A DNA stretch of 64,000 bases from Candidatus Bathyarchaeota archaeon (GTDB taxonomy: Archaea > Thermoproteota > Bathyarchaeia > Bathyarchaeales > Bathycorpusculaceae), in the NCBI GenBank assembly GCA_963832745.1, contig CAWHVC010000004.1:96001-160000 (forward strand), written 5' to 3'. A program made the position numbers and the translations under genes. Shown here piece by piece: positions 41,745 to 52,758 of this stretch (its first letter is position 1; each line of letters begins with the position of its first letter). The notes below the pieces were generated by a model. That model saw nothing but the letters and a program-made list of their open reading frames with translations. It did no database searches and was not told where the DNA came from.

Positions 41745-44342
41745 ATGTATTTAAAAAATAAACCATTAGTGTTCATGTTTTTAGTTATTCTGATCCTGTC
41801 AGACGTCGCTGTAATGACAAATTCCCAATTTAACACAGCATCAGCACAACTTGCCACACAACAACCTGTCAGTGGACCGCTACAATCAGATGTTACTGTT
41901 GATGCAACAATTGACACCATCGCCCACCTCAGCTTTAGACCAAACCCTGTAGGAATGGGACAAACTTTTCTGGTCAACCTTTGGATGCAACCACCAATTC
42001 ACGCTCAGCGGATGTTTATCGACGCCTTCATAGTCACAATTACCAAACCTGATGGAACCGAAGATGTCATTGGTCCTTTAAGCTCCTACACTGGCGATGG
42101 AACTGCATGGTTTGAATACTTGGCAGATCAAGTTGGGGTCTGGAAAATCAAGTTTGATTTCTTAGGAATGTATTGCCCAGCAGGACGATACTATAACGGC
42201 TATATTGTAACAAACAGTTCAGGTACGCAATTCAACTCATCGGTATACTACAAACCAAGTTCAGATGGACCTTACGAGATAGTTGTACAGAATGAACAAG
42301 TCGCTTCTTATCCTTCATCATCATTACCGACTGACTACTGGACCAGACCCATAGAGCCCATTAATAGAGACTGGTGGTCAATTCTTGGGAACTGGCCATC
42401 AACCGGCGTTGTAGGTGGAGGTGATTATTGGCCAGAAGAAACCAACACTTACAACGTCTATAATGGCGGAACCATGAACAATTATTATGTTGCATACGTA
42501 ACAGCGCCAAACAGTGCACATGTAGTTTGGAAGCGACAGTTCGCAATAGGTGGTCTCATAGGAGGGTCAATGGGGCAACAAAGTGTTGGTGACACTGCCA
42601 CATTGATTTATGGTCACCCAAAAATCATCTATGCGGGAAGAGCTTATCAGACAGTCACTAAAGAGTCCAATGGAGTAGTACAATCAGTGTGGCAGTGCTA
42701 TGACATTCGCACTGGTGAAGTATTCTGGGAAATATCCGGCATAACTCAACCGCCAACATTCATCATGTATGATGATGGTGGTACTACAGGTAATGACGCT
42801 AACGCACAACCATTCACGGCAACAGCATATCTGGGTTATATTGGCGGTGGCAGACTGATAAAGTATCGGCCATTTACCGGAGAAGTAGTGGGGAACTATT
42901 CAATCGCTCCCTTGACGACAGGAGTCTTCTACGCTGATCCATATGTTCTTAGCATTCAGAATATCGGCAATACAGCGAACCCTAACTACCGGTTGATCAA
43001 GTGGACCACCAAAGGAACCCTTGCCAACCTGACAGTTAGCTCAGGCACTAGAATAGTCAGTAACATTTCTTGGCCCTTCAGCACTTTAGGAAACTGTGCT
43101 GATTTCGAAACAGGCATAGCTGTTTCCACGGTAGCAGTTACTAATCCTGCCACTCAAGTAGCCACTGAAACCCGAATAATGGCTGCAAGCCTGACAACAG
43201 GACAACTGCTATGGAACATTTCATCCGGCGTCAACACAGGACAATTCAGCGCAGGCATCGCATTAGCTGATCACGGAAAATACGCCACACGATTTAACGA
43301 TGGGTATTGGTACTGCTGGAATCTAAACACAGGTAAACAATTATGGAAAAGTGAATTATCCAGCTGGCCCTGGGGAACATTCGGAACCTACGGCACAACA
43401 TCATATGGCGGCATGATAATCTCAAGCAATTATGACTGCATTTCAGCAATTGACTGGGATACTGGAAAAATAATCTGGAAATTCGAGGCCGCAACAAACC
43501 CATACGAAACACCGTACACAGGTGAAAACGGCACAACAGTAAATTCTTGGCACAGCGTAGCCTGCGTTGCCGACGGAAAAATCTACACATTTAACGCAGA
43601 ACACTCACCTGACCAGCCGTTAAAACGAGGTTGGAAGTTCCAATGCATCAACGCCACCAACGGTGAAGGTATCTGGAACATAGCGGCCACCCAAGCTGGA
43701 GGAGGAGATGGTTCACGGGTTTTCCAAGGTGCTATAGCGGACGGATATGTAGCATTTTCTGACGCATATGACGGATATATGTACGTGATTGGCAAAGGTA
43801 AAAGTGCAACAACAATTGAAGGACCGCAAACTGAAGTAACACTAGGGCAAAGTGTCATAATAACCGGTGCCGTGCTAGACAAGTCTCCGGGGCAACCAGA
43901 TACGCCATGTGTATCTAAAGAATCAATGACTACACAAATGGAATATTTGCACATGCAATATCCTATCGATGGTGTTTACCACAACATTTCGATAACGGGT
44001 GTTCCTGTTTCGTTGGACGCTGTTGATCCAAATGGCAATTATGTACACATTGGCGATATTACATCTGATGGGTATAGCGGTACGTTTGGCATTACTTGGG
44101 AGCCCGAAGTTTCGGGGCAATACACTGTAACTGCTACATTTACTGGCGATGACTCTTATGGCAGCTCGTTTGCAACAACTTATGTGGGCGTAACTGAAGC
44201 TCCAGCGGCGTCACCTTCACCAACATCCGTTAGCTTTGATGCAATCAATAGTAACTTGTCAATGACTGTCATTGGCGGCGTTATTGCAATAATTATTGCA
44301 GTGGCATTGGCTACCCTTTTGATTCTTAGAAAGCGACCATAA
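41745..44342 (+). CDS. PQQ-like beta-propeller surface protein (copy 3)
   Basis: Same architecture; ends TM-LRKRP. Confidence 0.88.
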   Translation: MYLKNKPLVFMFLVILILSDVAVMTNSQFNTASAQLATQQPVSGPLQSDVTVDATIDTIAHLSFRPNPVGMGQTFLVNLWMQPPIHAQRMFIDAFIVTITKPDGTEDVIGPLSSYTGDGTAWFEYLADQVGVWKIKFDFLGMYCPAGRYYNGYIVTNSSGTQFNSSVYYKPSSDGPYEIVVQNEQVASYPSSSLPTDYWTRPIEPINRDWWSILGNWPSTGVVGGGDYWPEETNTYNVYNGGTMNNYYVAYVTAPNSAHVVWKRQFAIGGLIGGSMGQQSVGDTATLIYGHPKIIYAGRAYQTVTKESNGVVQSVWQCYDIRTGEVFWEISGITQPPTFIMYDDGGTTGNDANAQPFTATAYLGYIGGGRLIKYRPFTGEVVGNYSIAPLTTGVFYADPYVLSIQNIGNTANPNYRLIKWTTKGTLANLTVSSGTRIVSNISWPFSTLGNCADFETGIAVSTVAVTNPATQVATETRIMAASLTTGQLLWNISSGVNTGQFSAGIALADHGKYATRFNDGYWYCWNLNTGKQLWKSELSSWPWGTFGTYGTTSYGGMIISSNYDCISAIDWDTGKIIWKFEAATNPYETPYTGENGTTVNSWHSVACVADGKIYTFNAEHSPDQPLKRGWKFQCINATNGEGIWNIAATQAGGGDGSRVFQGAIADGYVAFSDAYDGYMYVIGKGKSATTIEGPQTEVTLGQSVIITGAVLDKSPGQPDTPCVSKESMTTQMEYLHMQYPIDGVYHNISITGVPVSLDAVDPNGNYVHIGDITSDGYSGTFGITWEPEVSGQYTVTATFTGDDSYGSSFATTYVGVTEAPAASPSPTSVSFDAINSNLSMTVIGGVIAIIIAVALATLLILRKRP

Positions 44343-44566
44343 AAAACTAAAGCAATCAACACACCTACTTTTTCCCTTTTTTAATTCTTAAGTTTAGAGA
44401 AAGCGTTGAGACGGTTTTCAATTGCATTTACCAAGCAATTGCGTGTTTCATCTTCTCATTTGATTCCGGTAAAAGGTCAGGATATTCTAAATTTCAAATA
44501 TTGCCGCTTCTTATTAAGGACTATTTTTATTAATTAAAAAAATTAAAAATTGTGCTTTTTGTAATA

Positions 44567-45376
44567 CTAAGCAGTAATACTGTTTTGTTGTATTTCTGTT
44601 ATCCAAAGGTATTCAAAATAGCCTCTTACTATTGCAACAATTGAACTATTGTTTGTCCATAACAGTGGTGTATCGCACAATCCTGCTTTGTTAGATGTGC
44701 AGATTATAACTTCTTTTTTATCATGAATAGTAAATAACGCCGAAGGCACCGTACTGGTGTATTTTATTTCTGACCCATTTTTATTTATTAGCTTCAGTAT
44801 CGGATTTTCTGACCATAAATTAATATTTCTGGGGTTTTCGATAATAAATCGGAATTTCACGCCTTTCTCTATTGCTTTTTTGGTTAACGCAGCAAGTTTC
44901 ATGTCAGTATATGATTTATGCGCCTTCCAGGATATAACAGCCTCAATGCTGTTACTAGTATTTCTTAACATTTCTCTTCTTTTTTGTATCAATATTTTTG
45001 TTCCGGGAAATAAAATCAAGTCAGAATCTCTTGCAGAGATTTCATCAGTATTTTTTTCTATTTTCACTTCTTTTATAAGCTCTTTAATCCTTCTTTCCAA
45101 TTCTTCTATTTCTTCTCTTTTACGATTAATCATTATAGGTAGCGCTTGTTCAATTTGGGTTGCTTCAAACTTTTTTGGGTATGCAACAACTTTTTGAATT
45201 AATCCATTTTTCTCGAAAATATCCATGATGCGATAAATGTCGGGGCATGCCACTCCTGAGTGTTTGGCTAACGTTTTTGCGCTGGGCCTTCCTAATCTGA
45301 TAAGTGTCAGATAAACGTGTGCTTGTGTGGGGCTCAATCCCAAGAGCTCTAATGTTTTCTCTTTTTCTTGAACCAT
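44567..45376 (-). CDS. TrmB-family transcriptional regulator
   Basis: LGLSPTQAHVYLTL...IYR; TIHDKKEV...LWTNN...YFEYLW. Confidence 0.88.
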   Translation of the reverse strand: MVQEKEKTLELLGLSPTQAHVYLTLIRLGRPSAKTLAKHSGVACPDIYRIMDIFEKNGLIQKVVAYPKKFEATQIEQALPIMINRKREEIEELERRIKELIKEVKIEKNTDEISARDSDLILFPGTKILIQKRREMLRNTSNSIEAVISWKAHKSYTDMKLAALTKKAIEKGVKFRFIIENPRNINLWSENPILKLINKNGSEIKYTSTVPSALFTIHDKKEVIICTSNKAGLCDTPLLWTNNSSIVAIVRGYFEYLWITEIQQNSITA

Positions 45377-45533
45377 GCCGTTGTTCCCCTTCCTCTTATT
45401 AGGAATTCATTTAGCTTATTGAGTTTTCGTGTTAACATTGATTCATTTTTGGATTAATTTTGCGTAATTTCCACTAAATGTGTCTTAAATGTATTTTTCA
45501 GTAATATTCATTAAGAAAAAATAAGGGATAAAT

Positions 45534-45666
45534 ATGAAAAATTTAAAAAATACAAAATCTTTTGCAATTTTTGTCACATTTCTATTGATTGCTTCTGCCA
45601 TTCCATTGACTCTGCCAATTGAATCAGCCCAAGCACAGCTTTCAGAAACACAACCCATAAGCGGTG
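45534..45666 (+). pseudogene. 5' stub of a fourth beta-propeller surface gene (signal peptide plus QPISG), truncated
   Basis: AQAQLSETQPISG matches copy 3 ASAQLATQQPVSG; similarity stops abruptly; divergent from TrmB as copy 2 is. Confidence 0.75.
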
Positions 45667-45746
45667 AACAACCCTCCTGTGTTACACCTATTAATCCGAA
45701 CCCGAAGATGGGGCATTCTTGAATCCAGTACAACTTAGGAGTTTTT

Positions 45747-47226
45747 TTACCTTGGTATTACTGCTAAGTAGGGTTCGGGTGCCATGTCTGTTGTTGCATA
45801 CACTGCTAGTGCTATGCTCCAGAAGACGTCGTCGTGTGTTCCCTGCGGATGACTAAATGCTAAACCGCCATCGGCACGTAAAGCAAATCGCTCTACGTTC
45901 AACTCGTTACAGATATCACCCCGATACGGCTTCTCAAACGAAACCATAGGATAGAAGAGCCGCCCATCTTGCATACGCTTCCTAAGCAGGCTAGCCATCT
46001 CACTTTTACGAGGCACACTAAAGTTAACGCCCTCAGCATTCTCGATGCCTGCGTTTTCCATGTCAGCTATGAAACTTGGGCCTTCACGGGTAATATCCAC
46101 TCGAATTTTTTGAAAGCCTCCCCAGCGATCCTGAAGGGTCTTGATGTAACCCAAAACGGAGGCATCATAGGTTGGATGTGGAAAAATTTTCAGATGCCTT
46201 AGCAAAAGCTTCTCATCAACCGACTCCACAACTGATAACACATGAAAATCCTTAGTTTGTGCTGGATCTAAACCCGCATAAAAGTTGCCTTCACTGCTGG
46301 ATTCAGGGTTAAGCATCTGTAGGTCCATGCCGCAGTTCTTCTCTGTGCCGATGCATGAAGCAATTAAGCTCTGATTTAGCCAGACGTTATCATCTTCAAC
46401 CCAATCCGCCATCATTTCCCGCTGCCAACGAGAGAAATCATCGCCCATCTGAGTCTTTATCTGCCCAATAATGTTAGGCTTAAGAGGCCCGTTTGGAAAA
46501 AGCGCCTGCTCATAGGTGACATGTGAGGTTTTAAAGCAACTAAAATCTTTGTTGATTAAATATTTTAAAAAAGATGCTGTCGGTATGCCATGGTGTGCTG
46601 CTGCAGACGAATTTGCCATCTGTTGTGCCAAGCGTGTAAAGAATGGCGTCGTAGAGGTCTTGATCGTTGGCTACAAAGTTGAATTCGTCAGCGTAGACTA
46701 CGTGCAGCGTTGGTCCCCTGATTGTTTCTGGGTTATTGGGGAAAGCTTCGATGCTGCTTCCGTTGGCGAAGTGAATCTGGGTTTTCTGGGGCTTAAAGAC
46801 GATGCCGGCTGGAAGCCTTTGTGCAAGGGCTGCTATGCGTGCTATGATGCGTTTGCTCTGGCGCCAACTGGGCCCCACTACACCAACTGAAACGTTTGGG
46901 TGTGTAACGGCGTACTTTAGAAGCAGCGCCGAGATGGTTTGAGTTTTACCGCTCTGCCGACACCATCGTGCTGCGGTAAACTGGTTATTCTCAAAGATAT
47001 CAATGAACTCTCTCTGGTAATTGTAGGGTTTGAAACCAATAATTTGCTCAAAAAACAAGTCAGAGCCAGCGCTGAATACTTCAGTCTGCCTTGTAACTGC
47101 CCCTGTGAGTTCAGTGTTTTTTTGCTCAAACGTACGCCATTTATCCAGGAACTGGTTGGGACGTAGAGCCCTGGCTTTTGGCTTGAATTTCTTTGAGCGC
47201 CTGCTGTAGCTTCGCATTCTGCTCAA
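45747..47226 (-). CDS. Terminase large subunit (ATPase plus RNase H-like nuclease), frameshift ~46560
   Basis: YQ, Walker A RQSGKT, IRG, Walker B YADEF, SSTP; nuclease GLD, VD, HDD..W..ALA. Confidence 0.85.
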
Positions 47227-47602
47227 CCACCATGTTTAACTTGTTTTCTACTTCCCGATAATGAACATAGTCAACGATGAGTTCCTTGTACATTTTTGAG
47301 ATATTAGCCACTGTCTGTAAACGTTGAACCTCAACCCTGCTCAACCCAGACTTTACGGAGGCTTTGAGTGCACCGGCTAGAATTTTAGCAGTTTCCTCAA
47401 CACTTGGCAACTCCTTTGGAATAGTAACCGACGTATTCACAAAACCAGCACTTTCAAGCTGCAAGCCCATCCGCTGACACTTGGTGACTACAGCTTTAGG
47501 CGATTTATTAAGTTTAGCAGCAATCACATCAACACCGCTACCTGCACCAACAAGAACCCGCAGATCTGCTTCCTCTGCAGCCGTCCAAACTTTACCCGTC
47601 AT
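47141..47602 (-). CDS. HTH protein upstream of terminase (possible small-subunit analogue)
   Basis: WTAAEEADL...IAAKLNKSPKAV..KC.RMGL HTH, C-terminal coiled coil; overlaps terminase start. Confidence 0.65.
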   Translation of the reverse strand: MTGKVWTAAEEADLRVLVGAGSGVDVIAAKLNKSPKAVVTKCQRMGLQLESAGFVNTSVTIPKELPSVEETAKILAGALKASVKSGLSRVEVQRLQTVANISKMYKELIVDYVHYREVENKLNMVVEQNAKLQQALKEIQAKSQGSTSQPVPG

Positions 47603-47939
47603 ACCAACAGCCCGACAACATACAGCAACTTATAAACTTGTACTCAAAACAATAAAACCCAAAAACTGTACAACACCAACACAAATGCAGCAACCCATCC
47701 TCACCCCACCCAACCAACATACCCCCAACAACAAAAATCCACCCCACCCATCCCAAACCAACCCAAAAAACACCCCAAAACAAAAAACCAAACCCCCCCA
47801 CAACCAAAAACCGGGACAAGAAAACCCCAAAACACCCACCCCCACAAAAAACAAAAAATATTGTAAAACTGTTGCTACTTCTTAAAGAAAAAGAAAAACA
47901 AAATTAAAAAAACCACAAACCACTAGAAACCATAACAAC
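47603..47939. other. Extreme A/C-rich (G-depleted) non-coding tract
   Basis: Long runs such as CCCCACCCAACCAACATACCCCCAACAACAAAAATCCACCCC with almost no G. Confidence 0.8.
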
Positions 47940-48434
47940 TCACAAATCAGTACCGGTGACGTCTGGCTTAGTGGATTTACGTTTTTTTGTTCGCCACGTT
48001 AAACCGCTAAAGATTGTAATCGCCAAAAGAACCACAAAAACCACTACCTTGATTACTGTGAAATCTTGTAAGGCCGAGTAAAGTGCAAACGCTGCCGGAA
48101 ACGCCCCCACAAACAAAGTAAAAAATATTGCTGTAGGCAGCTTGTAACTGTATTTGTAGTCTTTAAAGATGCGCCTGCCAAAGTACAATGCCGCCAAGCG
48201 TCCCATGCCATGAGTGCATTTTATACAATTATAACACGGCCGTAAACATCCAATGAAATGCAGCACACCATAAATTGCTATCAACGCCACTACAAAAAAT
48301 ACTACACCCGCTGTTACGTCATATAATAGAAAAGCGATCGTGTCAAGAACAATCCACCCGAAAAGAGCAAGGTTACCGAATACAACCAATTTTTCAGGAA
48401 AGAAAATTGGTCGACCATTTTTTGGTTCTGCCAT
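47940..48434 (-). CDS. Four-TM membrane protein with Cys cluster
   Basis: CLRPCYNCIKC between TM2 and TM3. Confidence 0.75.
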   Translation of the reverse strand: MAEPKNGRPIFFPEKLVVFGNLALFGWIVLDTIAFLLYDVTAGVVFFVVALIAIYGVLHFIGCLRPCYNCIKCTHGMGRLAALYFGRRIFKDYKYSYKLPTAIFFTLFVGAFPAAFALYSALQDFTVIKVVVFVVLLAITIFSGLTWRTKKRKSTKPDVTGTDL

Positions 48435-48681
48435 GCAAACCTATTGACACAGATAGCATATAAGCATTACAATATATGCATCACCAGCAAAGGCGCATTA
48501 ATTTTTGATGATTTTATCGAACTCACAATTCAAACGTACCGGAAAACCTGCACAAAACTTTCTGATTACAAAAAAACCTTCAATGAACACAAAGTCTAGT
48601 GCCTAACCTATTTTATTAGTAAGTTGCTCAAATGTAGGAGGGCTTTTATAATCAATGCAGAGATTGTAGGTTGAACCTAAC

Positions 48682-49926
48682 TTGCCGATTGTTTACCTAT
48701 GCAGAAAATGCAATAAACAGTACACAAAGGAAGAGTATGCTCAAAGCAGATTCTGTAAAGAATGCGGTTCTTACTTGCTGCTAAATTTTAGAACACCCGA
48801 TAACGGTTTAACAGTTGATACAGGACCAGAAAAACCTGTTAATTCTCTTAAAGAAAAATCTGCACTAAGTAGGGCTGCTGAGAGCCTTAGACAAAAGGTA
48901 GGCAACTCAAAAGAGTATGAAGTCATATCCAAAACAGCACAGGCAGAGTCCAAAAAACCTGCATTTGATAATTGGATATGGAGCTCTGAGTACGATTTAG
49001 CTTTAAAATTTGAAAAAACGCTAATCGAAAAATACCACGGCAAAAGCCTTGAAAATGCCCTGCCTGGAAAAGTAGTTTCTAATGAGCAAGGAGAATGTTA
49101 CTCCATTTCAGACTCTTGCACTTCAGACTTCAAATTAGCAACTTATGAAGAAAGCAGGCGACACCTTATCTCTGACTTAAAGGTCTTATCGGGGATAGGT
49201 CCTGTAAGTGAACAAACACTTAAAACCCAAGGCTACACAACGGTGGAAGAATTGATGCGCCATCCCCGATGGCAAAAACAAGCAAACGACTACATGAAAA
49301 TGATTAATAAAAAAGAAGCAGCTTCAACCCAGAAATGGCTATGGCAACGTCTCCCAAAATCTCACCCGCTACTCCATTATTTAGCTGGGTTCTGCCAAAC
49401 TCAAGACTTCGCCATAGTAGACATCGAAACCTTGGGGTTATCAGAAAGACCCATAATCCTGCTAGGCATAGCAAAACCCTGCAAAGACCATATTTGCTCT
49501 AGCCAGTTTTTACTGCGAGATATCCAAGATGAACCCGGCGCCATATGGGCTCTTATTTCACAATTAGAACCCAATTCATCGCTGATAACTTTTAACGGTC
49601 GAAGCTTTGACATCCCCTACATTAAACAAAGATTAGCTTACTACGGATTAGACGCATCCTTAGAAAACACGCACTTTGATATTCTCCATTTCACAAGACG
49701 CGCCTTAAAACATAAACTATCAGATTGCAAACTGGAAACAGTTGAAAAATACATCGGAATCAAAAGAGACATAGACATCCCCGGCGCCTTGGTTCCCCAT
49801 TATTATGACACCTATCTAAGAACCAAAAACCCCGGACCCCTGGTCGCCATAGTTGAGCATAACAAACAAGACCTATTAACACTTGGAACACTGTTCTCTA
49901 AACTCTACGAGGAATGGACACTTTGA
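48682..49926 (+). CDS. YprB/MrfB-type RNase H-like (DEDD) exonuclease with N-terminal Zn finger and HhH
   Basis: CxxC...CxxC, LSGIGP, DIETLGL, TFNGRSFD, HFDIL, HNKQDL. Confidence 0.85.
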   Translation: MPIVYLCRKCNKQYTKEEYAQSRFCKECGSYLLLNFRTPDNGLTVDTGPEKPVNSLKEKSALSRAAESLRQKVGNSKEYEVISKTAQAESKKPAFDNWIWSSEYDLALKFEKTLIEKYHGKSLENALPGKVVSNEQGECYSISDSCTSDFKLATYEESRRHLISDLKVLSGIGPVSEQTLKTQGYTTVEELMRHPRWQKQANDYMKMINKKEAASTQKWLWQRLPKSHPLLHYLAGFCQTQDFAIVDIETLGLSERPIILLGIAKPCKDHICSSQFLLRDIQDEPGAIWALISQLEPNSSLITFNGRSFDIPYIKQRLAYYGLDASLENTHFDILHFTRRALKHKLSDCKLETVEKYIGIKRDIDIPGALVPHYYDTYLRTKNPGPLVAIVEHNKQDLLTLGTLFSKLYEEWTL

Positions 49927-52206
49927 TAGACGACTTCATCCAAAGCATTAAACGGATGCGTTCCTACAAAAAACAGATCGTCCACATAGAAGAAATTTCA
50001 TCCCAAGACGCCTGCTTTGGAGAATCTAGAAAAGCCCCTTCCCGAAAACATCCAAAACTGCCTGCTTAAACTGGGAATCAAGCTTTATTCCCATCAAGCC
50101 CAAGCCATAAACAAAGCACGAGCAGGCAAAAACGTGGTAATCGTTACACCAACAGCTTCGGGAAAAACTTTTGCGTTCAACATTCCAGTGCTTGAAGCCC
50201 TCACAAACGACAAAAAAGCGTCGGCGCTATACCTCTATCCAACCAAAGCGCTGACAAATGACCAGCTCAAAGTGCTCCGAAGTATAGAAGAAGAAACAGG
50301 CATTGACGCATACTCAAACATTTACGATGGCGATACCCCCTCGCATCAAAGGGCAAGCATCCGCGAAAATTCTAAAATCATCTTAACCAACCCCTATGGA
50401 CTCCACCAGTACCTTCCATGGCACTATAAATGGCGAAGCTTTCTGCAAAACCTCAAATTCATAGTAATCGACGAAGCACACGTTTACCGCGGCGTCTTTG
50501 GCTCAAACGTAGCCATGCTGCTAAGGCGGCTGCTAAGGATATGCAATTATTATCATGCAAACCCACAAATCATTCTCTCATCAGCTACCATCGCTAACCC
50601 ACAAGAGCACGCCCAAAGACTGACGGGAAAAGACTTCGAAATCATCTCAAACGACGGTGCACCCAGAGGGAAAAAATCATTCATGTTCTGGAACCCACCA
50701 TTCATCGACGCAGCTAACACTATCCGGCGATCCACACACCAAGAAACCCGTGATCTCCTGACTCTTAACATCCAAAAAAACCTGCAAACACTCTGCTTTA
50801 CAACATCCAGACAAATGACTGAATTAATCACCCGATGGACCAAAGATGAACTCCAACGAAGAACTCCTAAACTTGCCAACTCGGTAACAGCCTATAGAGC
50901 AGGTTATCTTCCCCAAGAACGACGCGACATAGAAAACCGCCTAAAAACCAAGAAACTAATCGGCGTAGTCTCAACCAACGCGTTGGAACTGGGTATAGAC
51001 ATTGGTTCGCTGGATTCAGTGATAATCTCGGGTTACCCGGGAACAGTTATATCCACTTGGCAACAAGCAGGACGCGCAGGCAGAAGCAACACCGACTCAA
51101 TCGTGACATTAGTTGCTTTCCAAAATCCCCTAGACCAGTACTTCATGAAACACCCCCAAGACTTCTTTGGCAGACCCCACGAGCAAGCAATAATCGACCT
51201 GCACAACCGTTACATCTCCTTAGGTCACATTATGTGTGCGGCAAGCGAGCTACCCCTAATGGATGCCGACCAAAGATTCTTCCCAGAACTATTCCAAGAA
51301 AGTATTCAAGCCTTGGAAGAACAACAATTAATCCGCAAAACCCCCCGAGGATACGTCTACTCAGGCACAGCAAGACCCGCCGAAGTGGTAAATCTCGAAA
51401 GCATCTCCCATCAAACCGTAACTGTAACCTGCAACGGAAACCTACTCGAAACCCTCACCGTAAACAAAGCCTATGAAGAAGCACACACAGGTGCAGTTTT
51501 GCTTCATCAAGGCGAAACCTACATTGTTGAAGATTTAGACCTCAACATGTTAACCGCTAACGTGCGGCAGGAAAACGTCAACTACTACACTGAAGCACTA
51601 AAAACCGTTGACGTCGCCATAAAGAAAACCTTTGAAGAAAAACAAGCTGGTGTTAAAGTTGGACTTGGCGAATTGCTTACAACGGAAACTTACCATACAT
51701 ACGTTATCAAAACGTACGATGAAGTAATCAAAAGACAACCCCTAACTCTGCCCTCGTTATCCTTCTCAACTGTCGGCATGTGGTTTACAGTTCCAAATAA
51801 AATACGCTCAGAAATTGAAGAGCAAGGGCTCGATTTTGACGGCGGATTGCACGCGGTTGAACATGCTATGATTGCTATGTCGCCGATATTTGCTATGTGC
51901 GATAGGTGGGATATTGGCGGTTTATCTACACCTTTGCATCCGGACACCGGGGAACCAACAGTTTTCATTTACGATGGCTTTGAAGGTGGAATCGGAATCT
52001 CTGAAGCGCTTTATGCTAAAATAACGTCTCTTTGGGAGAAGACTCTGCAGCTAATCGATAACTGTGAATGCAAAGACGGTTGCCCCTCATGCATATACTC
52101 GCCAAAATGTGGCAACGAAAATGAACCTTTAGACAAAAAAGCTGCAAGCATAATCTTAAAACACCTCTTAAAATTATGCCCAACAAGCATAACGCCCACA
52201 AAATGA
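49923..52206 (+). CDS. YprA/MrfA/Hrq1-family DEAH helicase with DUF1998, frameshift ~50022
   Basis: TPTASGKT, DEAH, SAT, LELGIDIG, QQAGRAGR, CECKDGCPSC; N-terminus MIDDFIQSIK...IVHIEEI from TTG 49923 in another frame. Confidence 0.92.
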
Positions 52207-52224
52207 GTACAGACGCCAAAAAAG

Positions 52225-52503
52225 TTATGCTGGTTCAAGCGTGACGTTAAGTACGAAATCTTCAACGCTTGTTTTTTCGTCTTGCATTAATACCAAAATC
52301 AGTTTAGGGATTAATACGCGTCCGTCTTTGGCCATTTTTACATAGAAAAGCTCTCCGCTGACCCACATGTTGATTGGTTTAACGCTGATTTTTAGCACCT
52401 GATCGGTTTCCAGTTTAAACTGCCACCTAATCAGTTTTGGTACTTGTACACGGTTGCCTTTCTGCAGTTTTGCTTTAAACGTTACTTTTTCTGTTAACGG
52501 CAA
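52225..52503 (-). CDS. Tandem AbrB-like (swapped-hairpin) DNA-binding protein
   Basis: GNRVQVPKLIR and DGRVLIPKLI repeats. Confidence 0.75.
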   Translation of the reverse strand: MPLTEKVTFKAKLQKGNRVQVPKLIRWQFKLETDQVLKISVKPINMWVSGELFYVKMAKDGRVLIPKLILVLMQDEKTSVEDFVLNVTLEPA

Positions 52504-52758
52504 ACTTTAGTCTCCGAAATTAACTTTTAATTACTATTATTGATCTTTTTCGACGCAAACACAAAAGATTTTAAGTTCTGAATCAAAAAATCGGCTCAAA
52601 ACAGATTCTTTCCAAACTGCCTCAAATCGCTGGCAACTAATTGCATTAATATCGCTAAAATAAGAAAACATTTATGCAAAATTTAAATTATTTCCATAAA
52701 ATAAGATATTTATAAAAAATTATTAAAATAAAAAATATTAAATAATAAAAAATCGGGT

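Noticed and set aside
33997-44342. Diversity-generating retroelement acting on the propeller genes
   Set aside because: No reverse transcriptase in the window and paralog differences are not adenine-specific.
33997-44342. PQQ-dependent dehydrogenase annotation
   Set aside because: Only the propeller repeat signature is visible; the vicinal Cys pair and catalytic context of quinoprotein alcohol dehydrogenases were not recognised.
47481-47885. ORFs 47481-47885(+), 47592-47819(-), 47630-47854(-)
   Set aside because: Artefacts of the low-complexity A/C tract, which lacks stop codons; Pro/Thr/Lys or Gly/Phe/Val compositional translations.
48682-52206. DISARM/Druantia-like defence system from the DUF1998 helicase
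   Set aside because: Pairing with a YprB-type exonuclease matches the MrfAB repair module; no methylase, DrmA or PLD partners.
45747-52503. Intact provirus
   Set aside because: No capsid, portal, integrase or att duplication identified; neighbouring genes are cellular.
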